A DNA stretch of 64,000 nucleotides from Ostrea edulis (Eukaryota): NCBI RefSeq assembly GCF_947568905.1, contig NC_079167.1, positions 86,552,001 to 86,616,000 of the forward strand. Reading direction: 5' to 3'. Of this stretch, positions 63,265-64,000 are shown in pieces. The translations under genes and the position numbers were made by a program. The notes beneath the pieces were generated by a model that worked only from the letters and a program-made list of their open reading frames with translations, was not told where the DNA came from and made no database searches. The number at the start of each line of letters is the position of its first letter. Positions within the stretch are counted from its first letter, which is position 1.

Positions 63265-63775
63265 ATATTGAGATACGGAGGGAGTAGAGTCTATCGCGCA
63301 CATAGATCTATTAGACGCAGAGGAAATGATGTCTATCGCGCACATCTATTGAGATACAGAAGAAATGTTGTCTACCACGCCCATCTATTGAGATACAGAG
63401 GAAATGACGTCTATCACGCACATCTATTGAGATACAGAGGAAATGACGTCTACCACGCCCATCTATTGAGGTACAGAGGAAATGACGTCTACCACGCCCA
63501 TCTATTGAGGTACAGAGGAAATGACGTCTTCCACGCCCATCTATTGAGATACAGAGGAAATGACGTCTATCACGCCCATCTATTGAGATACACAGGAAAT
63601 GACGTCTATCACATACATCAATTGAGATACACAGGAAATGAGGTCTATCGCGCACATCTATTGAGATACAGAGGAAATGACGTCTATCGCGCACATCTAT
63701 TGAGATACAGAGGAAATGACGTCTATTGCACCCATCTATTGAGATACAGAGGAAATGACGTCTATCGCACCCATT
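63265..63775. repeat. 39-bp minisatellite, about 13 copies
   Basis: Unit GAGATACAGAGGAAATGACGTCTATCGCGCACATCTATT. Confidence 0.95.
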
Positions 63776-64000
63776 CTTAAACCAAGAATGCAAAGAGACG
63801 TGTGCGTATAACTTATTATCTTTTGTCGACAACACAATAGAAACAAAGCAGAGTAACAATGTGATGTATACATGTAAGTAACTCGATTGTAGAATATTAC
63901 AAAATGAAAACAATCACGTTAAAGAATCTTTATATACGGAACATTGAGGACTTACAATATCTGGTCTGAAAGCTTCCCTAATATCAGTGGAGACTACAAC

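Overview
AT-rich, repeat-dense eukaryotic genomic DNA. It is most likely a bivalve mollusc of the oyster type; this is inferred from the Helentron/HINE, SINE and Penelope-like repeat families and was not checked by any search. I can support only one intact protein-coding region: a 716-aa secreted protein (9413-11563, minus) with signal peptide, one 8-Cys EGF-like module and a long Thr/Ser-rich mucin-like tail. A disabled EGF-like look-alike lies on the same strand at about 1320-1665. The rest is mostly nested mobile DNA and tandem repeats. (i) Two kinds of Penelope-like retroelement are present: a C-terminal GIY-YIG (Neptune-like) relic as an inverted pair, and about 12 Naiad/Chlamys-like fragments, one with its last 43 nt reiterated 15 times. 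(ii) TTAA-duplicating Kolobok-like elements include a 5.5-kb one whose empty site is visible in this window. (iii) Three MITEs have 5-bp TSDs, and one perfect 85-bp-arm hairpin MITE has a 9-bp TSD. (iv) There is also a Helentron-type element, an L2 LINE 3' end, tRNA-derived SINEs and about 15 minisatellites, several with higher-order structure. Nearly all short ORFs in the supplied track are repeat-derived or spurious. I see no prokaryote-type system (no CRISPR, operon or rRNA) and cannot claim a new biological system; the best leads are in retroelement and satellite biology and the EGF locus.
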